The notes beneath the pieces were generated by a model. The model made no database searches. It had not been told where the DNA came from and saw only the letters and a list, made by a program, of their open reading frames with translations. Shown here in pieces: positions 1 through 12,505 of a stretch of DNA of 64,000 nucleotides. The stretch is taken from assembly GCA_951406725.2 (NCBI GenBank), contig OX597831.1, positions 21,142,001 to 21,206,000 on the forward strand. Direction: 5' to 3'. How positions within the stretch are numbered: position 1 is the stretch's first letter; every line of letters begins with the position of its first letter. Source of the DNA: Octopus vulgaris. Its lineage: Eukaryota. The position numbers were made by a program, and so were the translations under genes.

Positions 1-219
1 TGATTGTTGGTGTATGCTCAGGATCTGACTTCTTGGGGTAATGCGGACGAACCCCTCAGCTTTGTTAACTACTCCACATTTTTGGCTATAAGGAATGGAG
101 TTTATTCTGTTGCAAGTATTCGTGTCATGTCTCCAACATACCGACACACGTAAATGTAAGTGTTTGTATGTGTACGAATATATATATGCGCACAGGCACA
201 TATATGTATATATATATGT

Positions 220-254
<35 letters not shown>

Positions 255-687
255 TATATATATAAATATATAGTCTTGTACTCTGTTTTTTCGTTGTTAC
301 AAAAAGGTCCGTTCCATGCTTGTTTTTACGTTTTCGTTTCTCTTTGAGTTCTACGTCTATTTGTGGTGTCCTGTACTCACGTATATATATTATATGCATG
401 TATATATACATATAGATGTAGGTACGTACATATATGTTTGTATGTATGCATATATTTTATTTATTACACTATATATACATATATATGCATGGTGGTTGTC
501 TACTCCTTATGCAGAGTCTGACTACTACCTATGATACTTATATCTTAGATCCATCGTGGCGTGTGATACGGCTTTTTAAACCAGGCAGTGTATTGTAAAG
601 ACACCCAAATATCTGATTTAGACCATCATGAGCTGCACTTAAGTTCTGATCTTTCTGGCTCTTAAAACGTCTTTTACCTCTCCATCC

Positions 688-770
688 TTTCTGTCGAAGA
701 TCGTTGGGCCGAAACGTCAAAGCCTTTACCATCCTTCTTGAGCGTTAAAACAATACACCTAAGATGTAAG
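688..770 (+). mobile_element. Penelope-like terminal fragment with degenerate minimal hammerhead motif
   Basis: cttt-CTGTCGA-a-gatc gttg ggcc-GAAA-cg-TC-aaag. Similar sequence and downstream tail recur at ~12313, ~22760 and ~61365 (minus). Confidence 0.5.
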
Positions 771-878
771 TACAAGAAGTGATCAGAATAAATTTCATGA
801 TATATATATATATACATATATAAACATATATATATATACATATATACATGAGGTGGATGCATATATATATATACATAT

Positions 879-1113
879 ATGCATGGGGTGGATGCAGATG
901 TCTTTAAAATAAAACTGGATCTCTTCTTGTCAGGTGTCCCAGATGAACCAACTTCACGGCAGGAGGTGCAGATGAGGGCAGCTGCATCGAACTCTCTCAT
1001 GCACAAATGGCAATTGCTAAAAAGCATTCGTGAAGTAAAATCATGTAGCAACACCAAATGGCGGTGCCCCAGCATGGCCAGAGCTTGTGAGCTGAAACTA
1101 AATAAAAAAAAAT
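879..1113 (+). mobile_element. 3' end of a CR1/L2-like non-LTR retrotransposon (ORF2 C-terminus plus tail)
   Basis: Translation GVDADVFKIKLDLFLSGVPDEP resembles the FKxxLDxFL..PDxP C-terminal motif of LINE ORF2. Ends in ggcggtgccccagcatggcc...ctgaaactaaataaaa. Confidence 0.65.
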
Positions 1114-1230
1114 AACTTACATACATACATACATACTTATCTATATAATTATACATATATATATACTAGCTGAAGGTGACCCGCTCTACGCGCGGGTAAG
1201 AGTGTGGTTGTTACTTTCTGTTGCTTCCTT

Positions 1231-1549
1231 TCAGCACGTAAAAAGCACCATCCGAACGTGGCGGATTGCAGCGCCGCCTTGACTGGCTTCTGTGCTGGTG
1301 GCACGTAAAAAGCACCAACCGATCGTGGCCGCTGCCAGCCCCCCTGGCACCTGTGCAGGCGGCACGAATAAAGCACCCACTACGCTCACAGAGTGGTTGG
1401 CGTTAGGAAGGGCATCCACCTGTCGAAACACTGCCAGATCAGACTGGAGCCTGGTGCAGCCTCCTGGCTTCGCAGACCCCTGTCAAACTGTCCAACCCGT
1501 GCTAGCACGGAAAACGGACGTTAAACGATGATGATGATGATGATGATGA
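1231..1549 (+). mobile_element. SINE-like retroposon with (GAT)n tail inside the Helitron unit (also ~3322-3634 and ~5410-5723)
   Basis: GC-rich body with repeated gcacgtaaaaagcacc and ggttggcgttaggaagggcatcc, ending aaacggacgttaaac(gat)n. Confidence 0.7.
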
Positions 1550-2242
1550 TTCTCCCTCTTTGTTTCTTTCTCCTTTCTCTCTCACTTTCCCACTCTCTTA
1601 CTCTTCCTTTCTCTCGGACTCTCCCTCGCTTTCTCTTACTCTCTATCTTTATGTATCTCTCTCCCATTTATAAACAACAAAAGATCTTGAGTAAGTTGAG
1701 AAATAAAATATTTAGAAAGATCAATCATAAATATCAGGCAGTTACAAAGGAAAGGTCTGCTTGAAGACAGACAGCAAAACACTAACATTTAAAAGGGACA
1801 GACGAACTTGCAAGCTGAATAAAAATAATAAAATATTGGAAACCAAAGTTTGAAGGGATAGAATTTGAGGATAGTAGAGTCACCATGGCTGGCATTTCTT
1901 AACGACGGACAGCAACGTATTGACAGTTCAACGGCTGGCGTAAAATTTAGAACTTGATGTAAAAGAAAATCCCTAAAAACCAAGTTTTGACTTGATTCTT
2001 TCTCACGACAGTAGACTCACGATGGCAAGCATTCAAAACTTGTTCATCATGGACGGCAACACATTGACGATTAAAAGGCTGGAGCAAATTTTTTAGCTTG
2101 ATGTAACAGAGAATTGCTAAACACCCGCTCCTTTAAATTTTAATCCCCTTCCAGCCCCATTTATATCCCTTTTCACCTTTTGGTTAATATAACCCGATTT
2201 AATTTGGGTCTACTGGGGCCACATTTTATAAGATGAGGACAC

Positions 2243-2435
2243 AACCAAGTTTCCCAAGTTCTGGTCATAGACCATAGAACACTCAACCAAGTTTCCCGAT
2301 TTCTGGTCATAGACCATAGAACAGTCAAGCAAGTTTCCTGAGTTCTGGTCATAGACCATAGAACACTCAACCAAGTTTCCCGAGTTCTGGTCATAGACCA
2401 TAGAACACTAAACTAAGTTTCCCGAGTTCTGGTCA
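2243..2435. repeat. 42-bp minisatellite, ~4.5 units per Helitron copy (also ~4331-4522 and ~6418-6610)
   Basis: Unit aaccaagtttcccgagttctggtcatagaccatagaacactc. Gives the 14-aa periodicity seen in the ORF track. Confidence 0.9.
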
Positions 2436-2682
2436 TTTGCAGAATAAATAGAGACGGCGGAGGTGGCAGACGTCGTTGCAATGTAAACATGATTTGTTAT
2501 AAGAGAAAGATTGTCCAGATTGTGTGTTGGTGGTGTTGGTGGTGGCGATGATAATTATCATTAGGAAAAAGAGTGAGTGAGTGAGGAAGACATACATAAG
2601 TTGTGGCGATGATAATTGTAGACCCCTTTTCACATTTTGATGAAGAGAACCCGATTTCATTCGGGTGTACTGGGGCTACATA

Positions 2683-2719
<37 letters not shown>

Positions 2720-3256
2720 ACGCTGTAGAAATTAAATTAGAGATAAAACCACTAATAGGGAAATGAAACAGTAAAAAACCAAAAACAAAAACAAAAATAA
2801 AAATATAATATTAGATATATGAATATGTGTGTGTGTGTGTGTGTGTGTGTTGACAGGTAGACAATAGGATGGGGATGGCGATGTAATATTTGTTACTGTC
2901 CATGAACGCTGAGAGATACATGAGTAAAATGTATAGGAAGGTAAGAGATAGAGTGAGTGAAAATGTTCTTGGAAGAGAGTAAATAGCTACAGAGTGATTT
3001 GAGGAAGACTTTACATTAAATAACGGTAGTTGCATTGTCAAATGAAGAGGAGTGACAGAGTACTGGAGGAAATAGGGTGAGGTAGGAAGATGGCCCTTAG
3101 CAACCACACCTTTTAAGATAGGGATTTCTAAGGTAGCCCACGCGCATCGTCACCTCATTCTACATGTCCCTGTAAATTTTGGAGCGAATCGGACGGGACG
3201 TAGTGGCATTGAAAGCGAACCAAGCGGTAAAAACGCATTTCAGTTTTATATATAGA

Positions 3257-4769
3257 CTAGCTGAAGGTGACCCGCTCTAAGCGCGGGTAAGAGTGTGGTT
3301 GTTACTTTCTGTTGCTTCCTTTCAGCACGTAAAAAGCACCATACGAACGTGGCCGATTGCAGCGCCGCCTTGACTGGCTTCTGTGCTGGTGGCACGTAAA
3401 AAGCACCAACCGATCGTGGCCGCTGCCAGCCCCCTGGCACCTGTGCAGGCGGCACGCAAAAAGCACCCACTACGCTCAGAGTGGTTGGCGTTAGGAAGGG
3501 CATCCACCTGTCGAAACACTGCCAGATCAGACTGGAGCCTGGTGCAGCCTCCTGGCTTCCCAGACTCCTGTCAAACTGTCCAAGCCGTGCTAGCACGGAA
3601 AACGGGCGTTAAACGATGATGATGATGATGATGATTCTCCCTCTTTGTTTCTTTCTCCTTTCTCTCTCTCACTTTCCCCACCCTCTTACTCTTCCTTTCT
3701 CTCGGACTCTCCCTCGCTTTCTCTTACTCTCTATCTTTATGTATCTCTCTCCCATTTATAAACAACAAAAGATCTTGAGTAAGTTGAGAAATAAAATATT
3801 TAGAAAGATCAATCATAAATATCAGGCAGTTACAAAGGAAAGGTCTGCTTGAAGACAGACAGCAAAACACTAACATTAAAAAGGGACAGACGAACTTGCG
3901 AGCTGAATAAAAATAATAAAATATTGGAAACCAAAGTTTGAAGGGATAGAATTTGAGGATAGTAGAGTTACCATGGCTGGCATTTCTTAACGACGGACAG
4001 CAACGTATTGACAGTTCAACGGCTGGCGTAAAATTTAGAACTTGATGTAAAAGAAAATCCCTAAAAACCAAGTTTTGACTTGATTCTTTCTCACGACAGT
4101 AGACTCACGATGGCAAGCATTCAAAACTTGTTCATCGTGGACGGCAACACATTGACGATTAAAAGGCTGGCGCAAATTTTTTAGCTTGATGTAACAGAGA
4201 ATTGCTAAACACCCGCTCCTTTAAATTTTAATCCCCTTCCAGCCCCATTTATATCCCTTTTCACCTTTTGGTTAATATAACCCGATTTAATTTGGGTCTA
4301 CTGGGGCCACATTTTATAAGATGAGGACTCAACCAAGTTTCCCAAGTTCTGGTCATAGACCATAGAACACTCAACCAAGTTTCCCGATTCCTGGTCATAG
4401 ACCATAGAACAGTCAAGCAAGTTTCCGAGTTCTGGTCATAGACCATAGAACACTCAACCAAGTTTCCCGAGTTCTGGTCATAGACCATAGAACACTAAAC
4501 CAAGTTTCCCGAGTTCTGGTCATTTGCAGAATAAATAGAGACGGCGGAGGTGGCAGACGTCGTTGCAATGTAAACATGATTTGTTATAAGAGAAAGATTG
4601 TCCAGATTGTGTGTTGGTGGTGTTGGTGGTGGCGATGATAATTATCATTAGGAAAAAGAGTGAGTGAGTGAGGAAGACATACATAAGTTGTGGCGATGAT
4701 AATTGTAGACCCCTTTTCACATTTTGATGAAGAGAACCCGATTTCATTCGGGTGTACTGGGGCTACATA

Positions 4770-4806
<37 letters not shown>

Positions 4807-5344
4807 ACGCTGTAGAAATTAAATTAGAGATAAAACCACTAATAGGGAAATGAAACAGTAAAAAACCAAAAACAAAAACAAAAATAAAAATATAATATTA
4901 GATATATGAATATGTGTGTGTGTGTGTGTGTGTGTGTGTTGACAGGTAGACAATAGGATGGGGATGGCGATGTAATATTTGTTACTGTCCATGAACGCTG
5001 AGAGATACATGAGTAAAATGTATAGGAAGGTAAGAGATAGAGTGAGTGAAAATGTTCTTGGAAGAGAGTAAATAGCTACAGAGTGATTTGAGGAAGACTT
5101 TACATTAAATAACGGTAGTTGCATTGTCAAATGAAGAGGAGGACAGAGTACTGGAGGAAATAGGGTGAGGTAGGAAGATGGCCCTTAGCAACCACACCTT
5201 TTAAGATAGGGATTTCTAAGGTAGCCCACGCGCATCGTCACCTCATTCTACATGTCCCTGTAAATTTTGGAGCGAATCGGACGGGACGTAGTGGCATTGA
5301 AAGCGAACCAAGCGGTAAAAACGCATTTCAGTTTTATATATAGA
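3257..5344 (-). mobile_element. Non-autonomous Helitron, copy 2 of tandem trimer
   Basis: Near-identical to copy 1. Both junctions read CTAG|TCTATATATAAAA on the minus strand. Confidence 0.85.
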
Positions 5345-6858
5345 CTAGCTGAAGGTGACCCGCTCTAAGCGCGGGTAAGAGTGTGGTTGTTACTTTCTGT
5401 TGCTTCCTTTCAGCACGTAAAAAGCACCATACGAACGTGGCCGATTGCAGCGCCGCCTTGACTGGCTTCTGTGCTGGTGGCACGTAAAAAGCACCAACCG
5501 ATCGTGGCCGCTGCCAGCCCCCCTGGCACCTGTGCAGGCGGCACGCAAAAAGCACCCACTACGCTCAGAGTGGTTGGCGTTAGGAAGGGCATCCACCTGT
5601 CGAAACACTGCCAGATCAGACTGGAGCCTGGTGCAGCCTCCTGGCTTCCCAGACTCCTGTCAAACTGTCCAAGCCGTGCTAGCACGGAAAACGGGCGTTA
5701 AACGATGATGATGATGATGATGATTCTCCCTCTTTGTTTCTTTCTCCTTTCTCTCTCACTTTCCCCACCCTCTTACTCTTCCTTTCTCTCGGACTCTCCC
5801 TCGCTTTCTCTTACTCTCTATCTTTATGTATCTCTCTCCCATTTATAAACAACAAAAGATCTTGAGTAAGTTGAGAAATAAAATATTTAGAAAGATCAAT
5901 CATAAATATCAGGCAGTTACAAAGGAAAGGTCTGCTTGAAGACAGACAGCAAAACACTAACATTAAAAAGGGACAGACGAACTTGCGAGCTGAATAAAAA
6001 TAATAAAATATTGGAAACCAAAGTTTGAAGGGATAGAATTTGAGGATAGTAGAGTTACCATGGCTGGCATTTCTTAACGACGGACAGCAACGTATTGACA
6101 GTTCAACGGCTGGCGTAAAATTTAGAACTTGATGTAAAAGAAAATCCCTAAAAACCAAGTTTTGACTTGATTCTTTCTCACGACAGTAGACTCACGATGG
6201 CAAGCATTCAAAACTTGTTCATCGTGGACGGCAACACATTGACGATTAAAAGGCTGGCGCAAATTTTTTAGCTTGATGTAACAGAGAATTGCTAAGCACC
6301 CGCTCCTTTAAATTTTAATCCCCTTCCAGCCCCATTTATATCCCTTTTCACCTTTTGGTTAATATAACCCGATTTAATTTGGGTCTACTGGGGCCACATT
6401 TTATAAGATGAGGACTCAACCAAGTTTCCCAAGTTCTGGTCATAGACCATAGAACACTCAACCAAGTTTCCCGATTCCTGGTCATAGACCATAGAACAGT
6501 CAAGCAAGTTTCCCGAGTTCTGGTCATAGACCATAGAACACTCAACCAAGTTTCCCGAGTTCTGGTCATAGACCATAGAACACTAAACCAAGTTTCCCGA
6601 GTTCTGGTCATTTGCAGAATAAATAGAGACGGCGGAGGTGGCAGACGTCGTTGCAATGTAAACATGATTTGTTATAAGAGAAAGATTGTCCAGATTGTGT
6701 GTTGGTGGTGTTGGTGGTGGCGATGATAATTATCATTAGGAAAAAGAGTGAGTGAGTGAGGAAGACATACATAAGTTGTGGCGATGATAATTGTAGACCC
6801 CCTTTTCACATTTTGATGAAGAGAACCCGATTTCATTCGGGTGTACTGGGGCTACATA

Positions 6859-6890
<32 letters not shown>

Positions 6891-7417
6891 CACGCTGTAG
6901 AAATTAAATTAGAGATAAAACCACTAATAGGGAAATGAAACAGTAAAAAACCAAAAACAAAAACATAAAAATAAAAATATAATATTAGATATATGTATAT
7001 ATGTGTGTGTGTGTGTGTGTTGACAGGTAGACAATAGAATGCGATGGGGATGGCGATGTAATATTTGTTACTGTCCATGAACGCTGAGAGATACATGAGT
7101 AAAATGTATAGGAAGGTAAGAGATAGAGTGAGTGAAAATGTTCTTGGAAGAGAGTAAATAGCTACAGAGTGATTTGAGGAAGACTTTACATTAAATAACG
7201 GTAGTTGCATTGTCAAATGAAGAGGAGTGACAGAGTACTGGAGGAAATAGGGTGAGGTAGGAAGATGGCCCCTAGCAACCACACCTTTTAAGATAGGGAT
7301 TTCTAAGGTAGCCCACGCGCATCGTCACCTCATTCTACATGTGCCTGTAAGTTTTGGAGCGAATCGGACGGGATGTAGTGGCATTGAAAGCGAACCAAGC
7401 GGTAAAAACGCATTTCA

Positions 7418-7431
<14 letters not shown>
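5345..7431 (-). mobile_element. Non-autonomous Helitron, copy 3 of tandem trimer
   Basis: Near-identical to copies 1 and 2. Its 5' end merges into (TA)n, where the terminal TC reads TA. Confidence 0.8.
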
Positions 7432-7462
<31 letters not shown>

Positions 7463-7904
7463 ATATGTATATATGTATATCAGTCTGCTTGTCCATACGA
7501 TTTTCAGCTCTAATTTTCGCTACACCCTGTCTTTACAAATGAAATCTGCCGTATTTTTCTACATCTCATCCATTTTACAATTCTGCACAGTATTTACTCG
7601 TAGTTGTTGTGTGCACGTATTTGCTGAAAGGTTTTTTTTATGTTATAAGACGGTAGATAGATGAAGTGATAAGTTTTATGCAAAATAAGAAACCCCCAAA
7701 GTAAGCTCAGCTCTATTAAATGGTTTCGTTGAACGAGAAGCCAACTTATAGGAGGAAACTTAATGGTAGGATGTGCGGGACGACGAGTTGTTAGGAAAGA
7801 AAAAATAGTTGAAATGAAATATAAAGAAATTAAAGAAGTAGAGAAAATAGGAAACGCACGATATTTATGTATGGTATGTTTATGTGCATATCTATATCTA
7901 TCTA

Positions 7905-7978
<74 letters not shown>

Positions 7979-8012
7979 CCTATCTATATAAATATATGTA
8001 TATATACATACA

Positions 8013-8078
<66 letters not shown>

Positions 8079-8252
8079 AATACATCTGCATATACATATG
8101 TACATGTATATATACATATACAAACACATATATGTATATATGTATATAGATATATGTGTATAAATTTATATATTTATGTATGTATCTATCTATCTATCTA
8201 TGTATATATATATACACACATATACATACACACAGACACACACGCACGCACG

Positions 8253-8302
<50 letters not shown>

Positions 8303-8830
8303 CATGCGTAATGCATTTTCTCTTTCCAGTGAATTTATTCGGTGTATGAACATTGCATTTGCAAATTGCAAATTGGACAGACAGCGGAATGTAAATTTAA
8401 GGACTACATCGGTTGCAGTGATTTTACCGGTCAATTTGGTTAACAACGTTTGACTATAATAGAGCGCTTAAAAACTATTCGCCTGGAATTTTTCGAAACT
8501 ATTTCTATGTGCACTTACACTCACGCGCAGATGCACAACCTCGCCATACACACACACACACGGTAACAAAATTACCTATTTAAAATGAGAATATAACACT
8601 CGGAACAAAGGAGGAGGAAGTCTCCTAACGTAACCTTTCAGAATTTGTGGACCACTGAGATCATATGGACCCAGCTACAATCTCTAATCAAAAGCCTCAT
8701 TTAGTTACATGCAGACCCTTTATTTGTTAGATTAGCATAAAGTTCCTTACTTGTGTTTTTAATGGTATTCTTTCTGTGTTTTGTGTGTGCAGAAATATTG
8801 GGAGTTCTCTGACGGACATAGAACAGCTGC

Positions 8831-8884
<54 letters not shown>

Positions 8885-8992
8885 CACACACATCTTTATG
8901 TATATCAATCTATCTATATATCTATCCCTCTATGTATGTGTGTCCCAGTTTACTTGAGTGTGCGCGCATATAAATACATATATATACGTTTG

Positions 8993-9100
8993 TGGCGTGG
9001 CTGTGTGGTAAGAATCTTGCTTCCCAACCACATAGTTCCGGGTTCAGGCCCTCTGTGGGGCACCTTGTGCAAGTGTCTTATAATTGCTTCGCGAATCCAA
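8993..9100 (+). mobile_element. SINE family A, 5' head fragment
   Basis: tggctgtgtggtaag...ccgggttcag (Pol III A/B-box-like), homologous to the full copies at 43435 and 55682. Confidence 0.7.
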
Positions 9101-10042
9101 TAACAACATACAAAATCGGTAGTACTTAAAACGGCTTTTGTCCTTTTACAGAGAATACCAAACTGTTTTACAAAGGATGTTGTTTTTGGAAATCCCAATA
9201 AGTTATGAATACTCACATCGTGAAGTCAGTTACCTAATAACATGAAATTAGTTACTCGATAGTAAGCATTCAAATAAAGTAGCTCCGAAAAGGGCATTTA
9301 ATGCGCTCCCAGAGTATATAGAACCTAGGAGGAAATACCAATAAGGTAGGTATTCCAAAATCGTAAGCATTTTACGTAATATTAGGGTAATCGGATATGA
9401 AATAATAGCAGTTCAAATTAATTAATTCTGAAAAGGGCTTTTGTTCGTTCTCAGAGAATATAACCCTTAGGGGTGCTAGTGTTGAAATAGATTTACAATG
9501 AATATGGAAATAGACCGACATTTAGTTTTACAGTAGATATACAAATAAATTTGCATATAGATTTAAAATTAAAGTAACGTGTATGTATATCATCAATACA
9601 TTTACAACACTTACAAATATTACAGTTGAGTACTAAATACCTGATGATTTGCAGAGCTTCTTGATAAACGGTCTTCCCTTTTTGGGATAAATAAACAAAT
9701 GATTAGGATTGCCAACTCTTGAGCATGCCACATAAAATTGGCCATGGGTGAAAACTGGTTCCGCAAGGTTTAGACCTACCACCTCCAAGGACTGGCCCTA
9801 GGCGTTGTTAATGCTCATTGCAAAGCTCAGTTTCAACGGGAATTACAGATGCTTTTACTGGAAAGGCATATCCAAGGAAATAAGTGGAATTCTAGGAATG
9901 AATATAGGCTCACTGCTTGCTTTAACAGTCAAATTATTGTCTCGAAGACTGTTAGCATAATCTGCTTCATTATAAGTCGTATGCCATTGCAAAGCTTTGG
10001 TGGATCGAGGTTTCGAAGCAGCATAACTGGTGCCCCCCCCCC

Positions 10043-10274
10043 AAAAGGCGGTGAGCTAGCAGAAACGTTATCACGCTGGGCGAAATGCTTAGCGGTATTT
10101 CGTCTGTCGTTACGTTCTGAGTTCAAATTCCGCCGAGGTCGATTTTACCTTTCATCCATTCGGGTCGATAAATTAAGTACCAGTTACGCACTGGGGTCGA
10201 TGCAATCGACTTAATCACTTTGTTTCTCCTTGTTTGTCCCCTCTATGTTTAATCTTTGTAGGCAATAAAGAAAC
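10043..10274 (+). mobile_element. SINE family B inserted in the Helitron helicase, with 12-bp TSD
   Basis: aaggcggtgagctagcagaaacgttatc...gagttcaaattcc. TSD aactggtgcccc at 10025-10036 and 10275-10286. It splits KIGAPV|MLLRNL. Confidence 0.88.
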
Positions 10275-11164
10275 AACTGGTGCCCCAATCTTGAGGTGCA
10301 AGCTGTGAGGTGAGAGGCCGGGTGGTGTTAGACTGTTCAAGAATTCAAATGGATAATTCACAACTCCATCGATGTTGAGTACAGTGTCAATGAAATTGTA
10401 GATGTGACGCTCACCTGGCAACTGTTCCAGAAGTTTGATGTTCAAATCATCAACTGTCACATTCTTTGGAACTAAAATGGCACGTTTTTCAGCCAGTTGT
10501 AGTCTGCAAACTGTACCTCAGGTTACGAAACACCTTATTCATTAGTTCCTTTAAATCAGGAACCATATGTCCAAAAGACAAGCTTACCCGGCCATCCTTC
10601 TCGCCAACCGAAGTACCATTATCGACGTCTGATAAGTTCCGTCTGTATCGTCGGCATCGTCTGCATCAACACCACTGAGCTGCAGTCTCATATTGGCTGT
10701 GAGTCTGAGGTTTTGCACATTGCTCCATAGGTAGGGTCCTCGCATTTACCTCATCAACTCTTGTCCCTTTTAGAACCACGGGAAGGGTTTGTCTAAAGTC
10801 TCCTGCAAGCAAGACTGTGGTATCTCCCATGAGCCTGGTGTTGTGTCTCAGATCTTGAAGGGCTTCAAAGGAAACCTTATGGCTCTTTGTTGCCTCATCC
10901 CAGATGAGCAACCAGCATTCACCCAGAAGATTGCATTTTATAGAACCACGACTGATGCTGCAGTTTGTCTCCTCTATCTTGAATAGGTCCAAAGAGAGTT
11001 TAAAACAGGAATGAGCTATGCGGCCACCACTTAGCGGTGTTGCAGCTATTTCACTTGATGCCACTACTATGGTAATGTGTTCCATTTGGCGCAGTTTAGC
11101 CAGAAGGTTGATAACAAATGCTTTGCCAGTTCCACCCGGAGCATCCAGAAAGAAAAAAACCCTC

Positions 11165-11265
11165 ATTATTTACATTATTTACATTTGACAGATATTTGTA
11201 CTTACCTTGTTTGTTGTTAACACAAACTTTTGGCTGATATACTCTCTAGCCTTCATTAGGTCTCA
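11165..11265 (-). mobile_element. Short element with degenerate hammerhead and (GTAAATAAT)n tail, inserted in the Helitron
   Basis: The reverse complement matches 25926-26020 and 44177-44270. Confidence 0.7.
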
Positions 11266-12312
11266 ATTGCAATATTGTTTGCTGCCTGAGGCAGACCTGA
11301 TGTAGCAATGCCTTGACCTCTCATAGCTTGCACTCGGGTGTCCAGGTCAAGTAATGACTCATAGTAAATGGTGTTATTGATTTCCTCTGCCATGCTGCTT
11401 TTGTGGGTCACCCAACGATTGAGAGGTTCACCCAAGCGACGTAATGAACATGAGAGAAAATAGCTGGCGCAATTGACATGGTGCTCTACTGACTGCTGCC
11501 TCCTCTAGTGTCTAGTCGCAGTGAGCTTCGTCCGCCAGTAGTCCATGTTTGGTGCAGGCTTCTCTGTAGGTCATGCAGACTTCTTCTTCGTGTCTTCGAA
11601 GTTCTGACAGTGTGCAGCATGTTTTTCCCAGCTCTCAACGTGTGTTCTTTGCTTGCGTCTGTTCCATCTATTGTATGCCCAGGTATAGTACACGTGAACT
11701 TCAACGTATAACAATGTTAGGGCAAACAGATCACATTGGCCTAATTTGAAGAAAGATGTCAAATTGGTTTCTGGTGGATTCAGAACTGAGTTTCGAGCAT
11801 TGTCTTCTGTAAAATTTACACGCTAGCCATTTCCAAGATGTATTGATAGATTCACCACTGTTGGATGCTGCTCATGGATTTCGAAGCCCTCGTTATGGGA
11901 AATAAACCTTCCCAACTTACGTTGGTGAATTTCATCTGCCTGCCCTCCTGTTCAAACCCCCAAACCGCCATATCTGAGCGCTTATTGTGGTATTTACATA
12001 CATGTTTAATACTTTTTTTAGAGTTATATAACTCAACTCATGGGCCTGCAAAGTTTTAAACAGCAATGAATTGTAGGTCACTATCCACCTGTTGTCGATT
12101 TCCATCCCTTGACCATTAACTTTGAGCTTGGTATTGTTTAGGGTGGTCAAAGGAAAATGAATGGGTTATTTCCCTTGGCTATGAAAATTAATGATCTATC
12201 TCCCATGGTTGTTAAGGGGAAATATATTGGTTATATATATGGATCCATTATAGGGGTCCTATCCAACCAATTATAGAGTTTTATTAAACTTCAATGAACC
12301 TTATAACAAATT

Positions 12313-12437
12313 CGAAGAGCGCAGGCTCGAAACGTAAAAGGCTTGTTCTATTTCTATTCCCGAGCGCCATACTAATACATTTGTTTGTTTGTACTCCACC
12401 TGCCTTCGTCTTTTATTTATTTTCGTAAACCTTCCCG

Positions 12438-12440
<3 letters not shown>
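12313..12440 (+). mobile_element. Penelope-like terminal fragment (5'-truncated hammerhead)
   Basis: gaa-gagc gcag gctc-GAAA-cg-TA-aaag, then the family tail ending in (TA)n. Confidence 0.55.

Positions 12441-12499
<59 letters not shown>

Positions 12500-12505
<6 letters not shown>

Larger units (their letters stand above)
1166..3256 (-). mobile_element. Non-autonomous Helitron, copy 1 of tandem trimer
   Basis: Minus strand begins TCTATATATAAAACTG (3256) and ends with hairpin ACCCGC-N7-GCGGGT (1197-1179), 9 nt, then CTAG (1169-1166) followed by T in a (TA)n tract. Confidence 0.85.
9640..12150 (-). pseudogene. Decayed Helitron Rep/Pif1-family helicase (RepHel) coding region
   Basis: Fragments in order: IDNRWIVTYNSLL; PPETNLTSFFKL; FFLDAPGGTGK (Walker A); VASSEIAATPLSGGRIAHSCFKL; LIWDEA; LLAGDFRQTLPV; YPFEFLNSLTPPGLSPHSLHLKIGAPV/MLLRNLDPPKLCNG. 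Many frameshifts and two insertions. Confidence 0.92.

Noticed and set aside
2243-2435. 42-bp repeats as a CRISPR array or repeat protein
   Set aside because: The units are contiguous with no unique spacers and lie inside a Helitron.
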